Assembly (NCBI GenBank): GCA_051599415.1 | Contig: AP039708.1 | Span: forward strand, 1-64,000 | From: Savitreella phatthalungensis | Taxonomy: Eukaryota | Direction: 5' to 3' | DNA length: 64,000 nucleotides | Part shown: piece after piece, positions 61,903 to 64,000 of the stretch | Position numbering within the stretch: the stretch's first letter is position 1 | Layout: every line of letters begins with the position of its first letter | Translations under genes and position numbers: made by a program | Notes under the pieces: generated by a model | Seen by the model: the letters and a program-made list of their open reading frames with translations, nothing else | Database searches by the model: none | What the model was told of the DNA's origin: nothing

Positions 61903-64000
61903 CTATGCTCGTAGACGATCTTTCGACAGAGGCAGCTGGCTGATACCGGCTGATGGCTGCCTGATCTTTGATGGAGAGTAGTTGTTGTGAAGAGCGTGAC
62001 TCTTGCCACTCACAGATGAGCCTGCGGACGCGCGTGCCGGCGATGAAACGGACCTGCCAGAGGTCAGACGACGTGTGGCCGCGCCAAAAGCGTCAAGCTT
62101 GCTGCTCTGAGATGCTGGAGGTGCAAGACGAGCATTCGGTACAAGCTCTAATTTAGGAGTCTTTGACGAGAGATGCTTGTGTCTCGATGGTGCCGGTGTC
62201 CTCGATGGTGGTTCGGGCATCGGCTCCCCTGTGATGAAGGGGTGCTTGAGTGCTTGTTCTGGAGTCATGCGTTTTTGCGGATCCCATTTCAAACATCGTG
62301 TGAGGAAGTCGAGCATTTTGTCGTCGTTGCTGCGGATCGCCTGTGCGAGTGAGCGAGTCGATGGCCTCCGTCGAACGCCTTTGCTCGATACGCATGGTTT
62401 TGGCCGGCCCTGCGCGTCAAAGAATAGCTTGGCTCTGGAAGAATGTTCGACAAGGCGTCGCTCTGGCGGACCAAAGATCTCCATGATACAGCCGAGCTGT
62501 TCTTGCTCGTCTTCTCCCGGAAACAGCGGTACGCCAGTCAACAGTTCCGCGACTATACAGCCCAGACTCCAAATATCGATGCCAAGTCCGTAAGACATCC
62601 CCAGAATCACTTCTGGCGACCGGTAGAATCGCGATTGGATGTATGTATACACCCGCTGGTCTTGGAAGCACGACGACCCAAAGTCGATGACGCGCACGTC
62701 CGACTGCCACGCGTTCACGAGCAGGATGTTCTCCGGCTTGAGATCGCAGTGAATGACACCGTGGCGTGATAGTAATGAGAGACACTGGAGAATCTGTGAA
62801 GCAAAGCTGAGGAGAAATAAGTTAGTGAGCTTGAAGGGGACTATTTGAATAAGAACATACCTTCTGACAAGTTGCATAGAGCAACCCTTAAAATTTCTGA
62901 GTTTCGTGAGTTCGTAAAGGTTCATGCTGAGCACATCGGAGACAATGCAGAGATGGTGGCGGAAGTAGAAGTGCTCGCGATAGCGGAGCGTGTTGTGTTG
63001 ACAGTCAGGATCCTGTGGATTGTCAGTCACGAGTTTCGACCTCGAAGGTGGTTAGCAATGCAGCTTACCCATTCGTGAAGCCGCTTGAGGATGTCGACCT
63101 CAATCAAAGCCTGAGCGTGGAACCGACGCTTGTTTCTCACCAGCTTAATAGCGACGACAATGCCAAGCTTGTGATCAAGACAGCAAACAACTTGACCGAA
63201 TGAGCCTTTGCCAAGGACATCGACGATTTCGTATCTGTAAGCGAGGTGGTCACCCGGCACGATCTTGTAGTCGCCTCGATTGTCGTCATAATCGAAATTT
63301 GCATCTGTCGAGGCGTCTAGTCGGCCGCCGGGCTTGACAACATCACGCAAACCGGCAAAGTACACCTTGTCCTTGTAGTCAGCGACTTCTCCACGCTCGT
63401 ACAGGTTCAGAGGCGCATCTTCCGTTTGCCAGATGGTCTCGTCAGTCGTCCGTCTGCGAGATTCTGTGCGCACACGCTGGTGCATCGCATGCTGCCGACT
63501 CATATCTGCGTCGAGAGCCTCCTGTCCGTGTCTTGCGACGTAGGCTGCCGCCACCTCTTCATCTGCTTCAGTCTGCGCAGTTTGAGTCCGCAGCGCTGGT
63601 GATGCAGCGATGACTGAAGACGTTTTCTTGACTCTGGTGACCCGAGGCAGCGAGGCGAAGGAGCCTGTTTGCGGTGTGGCAAGCTCAGAATCACTCCTGC
63701 CGTCGGTTGATCCTGCCAGGTCCGCGAGCGATTCCGAGGTAAACGATTTGGGGATGGCAGGCGGCGTGCTGCTATCAAAATGCATACTGGGCGCGCGCAC
63801 CCCGAACGGCGAAATTTTGCCCTTGAGCCAAGAGATGCTCAACCTGCGCTGTCGACTCGGAGTCGTCCTTGGCGTCGTCTCGTTGTGGTCCGCCACATCT
63901 GCCACAGCTGTCGCAGCAGATTCAGACAGCTTCCTCTGCGGAACACCATTAGCAGTGCTACTGTTCCGCTGTCGGGATGAGCTGCGCGAGAGCGAAAGTC
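61903..64000 (-). CDS. DYRK-family kinase (Pom1/DYRK2-like), 5' partial; introns 63068-63013 and 62860-62807
   Basis: DH box (YDDNRGDY..GDHLAYRYE), GKGSFGQV, HCDLKPEN, DFGSSC, YTYIQSRFYRSPE; the frame stays open to the window end. Confidence 0.92.

Overview
Left end of a fungal chromosome. The gene set, short GT-AG introns, a Homol D box and TTAGGG telomeres suggest a compact, intron-poor ascomycete, probably Taphrinomycotina (inference). Bases 1-60 are an untrimmed Oxford Nanopore adapter plus native barcode, followed by about 20 TAACCC telomeric repeats. A subtelomere of about 6.8 kb follows. It is built from a modular 1.4-1.6 kb unit (two full copies and one partial), a MULE-like DNA transposon remnant with a 9-bp TSD, and solo-LTR remnants. 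Each full unit carries what looks like an unrecognised, highly base-paired ncRNA gene of about 255-260 nt with a complete RNA polymerase III signature: TATA at -30, A box, B box and a T6 terminator just after a 5'-3' closing stem. It is followed by G-rich satellites and a conserved CCCTAAC/GTTAGGG two-state hairpin. This cassette is the most novel signal in the window. From about 7 kb onward there is a dense run of mostly intronless conserved genes: SCAP-like, HsbA-like, Nup188, acyltransferase, FMO, DBP5, RSAD1/HemW, esterase, UBR7/Mlo2, MCM2, SGF29, ARP2, CDK8, MFS, ARF6, dynactin p25, UBL-AN1, F-box-like, fRMsr, IDO, GCN2, RPL5, Mhp1-like LRR, UPF1, GH72 and a DYRK kinase that runs off the window end. 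All calls come from visual inspection and motif recall; no database searches or folding programs were run.
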